Part shown: one piece after another, positions 63,271 to 64,000 of the stretch | Numbering within the stretch: the first letter of the stretch is position 1 | Layout of the letters: every line of letters starts with the position of its first letter | Origin: Octopus sinensis | Lineage: Eukaryota | Direction: 5' to 3' | NCBI RefSeq assembly: GCF_006345805.1 | Contig: NC_042999.1 | Span: 85,312,001 to 85,376,000, forward strand | DNA length: 64,000 nucleotides | Notes under the pieces: generated by a model | What the model was told of the DNA's origin: nothing | The model's database searches: none | The model's input: the letters and a program-made list of their open reading frames with translations, nothing else | Program-made: the position numbers and the translations under genes

Positions 63271-63343
<73 letters not shown>

Positions 63344-63368
63344 ATGTGTATGTGTGTGTATGTATATG

Positions 63369-63400
<32 letters not shown>

Positions 63401-63583
63401 TAAAAATATATATAAATATATATATATGTATATATGTGTGTATGTATATGTATGTATGTAGATATAGTGTGTGTATGTGTATGTGTATATGTACATATAC
63501 GTGTACGCTCGTGTGTTTATGTATATGTAGGTACGTAGAGTTATGTATGTGTGTATGTATATGTACATATGTGTAAGTATGTA

Positions 63584-63637
<54 letters not shown>

Positions 63638-63657
63638 ATATATATATATATATTATG

Positions 63658-63695
<38 letters not shown>

Positions 63696-64000
63696 CTTTA
63701 TATGTATGTATCCGTCTGTAGAATAGGTAACTGCACGTACATATACTTAATATTTATTATTTATTTTTTGAGTATGCATGTAAGTATGAACATAAGGAGG
63801 CGCGTGTGTGTGTGTGTGTGTGTGTAAGCATAGATATATGTATACTTTTACGCATGTGTGTACTTATGTGTATATGGATGCGCGTGTGTGTGTGTGTGTA
63901 TGGGTACGCATGTACATGTGTATGTGCGTGTATGTGTATATGTGTATGTATGTGTGTGTATATTGTATATAGATGTATGTAGATGTATGTATGTGTATAT
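59930..64000. repeat. Large compound TA/CA/TG microsatellite field with embedded unique islands
   Basis: Direct reading; source of all the long YI/VC/HT ORFs. Confidence 0.95.

Overview
AT-rich eukaryotic DNA dense in microsatellites, SINEs and decayed transposons. The SINE families and TA/TG/GATA density suggest an octopod cephalopod; this is inference. The only host genes I can support are three tandem, minus-strand, intron-containing cytosolic-sulfotransferase (SULT)-fold genes, reassembled by hand from splice sites. Copy A (20802->5439) and copy B (39196->23524) each have 5 coding exons and 300 aa. A divergent copy C (exons 2-5, 57390->52476) is about 62% identical in exon 2; its exon 1 was not found in the window. 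A and B sit in a head-to-tail ~18-19.6 kb duplication (2341-21936 / 21937-39987) whose junction cuts a piggyBac ORF. The strongest lead: the reading frames are open, yet the canonical PAPS-binding/catalytic motifs are systematically replaced. TYPKSGT reads TYPGTGS in A and B, and RKGxxGDWK reads HSGAVDTWK in A/B and HSGKVETWK in C. This points to a maintained pseudo-sulfotransferase family or one with altered chemistry. The second theme is an unusual density of Penelope-type hammerhead-ribozyme motifs. They occur as inverted pseudo-LTRs around GIY-YIG remnants, as nearly spacer-less palindromes, and in a 354-bp retrozyme-like unit. Most ORFs in the supplied track are microsatellite artefacts. 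All alignments, counts and folds were done by eye.
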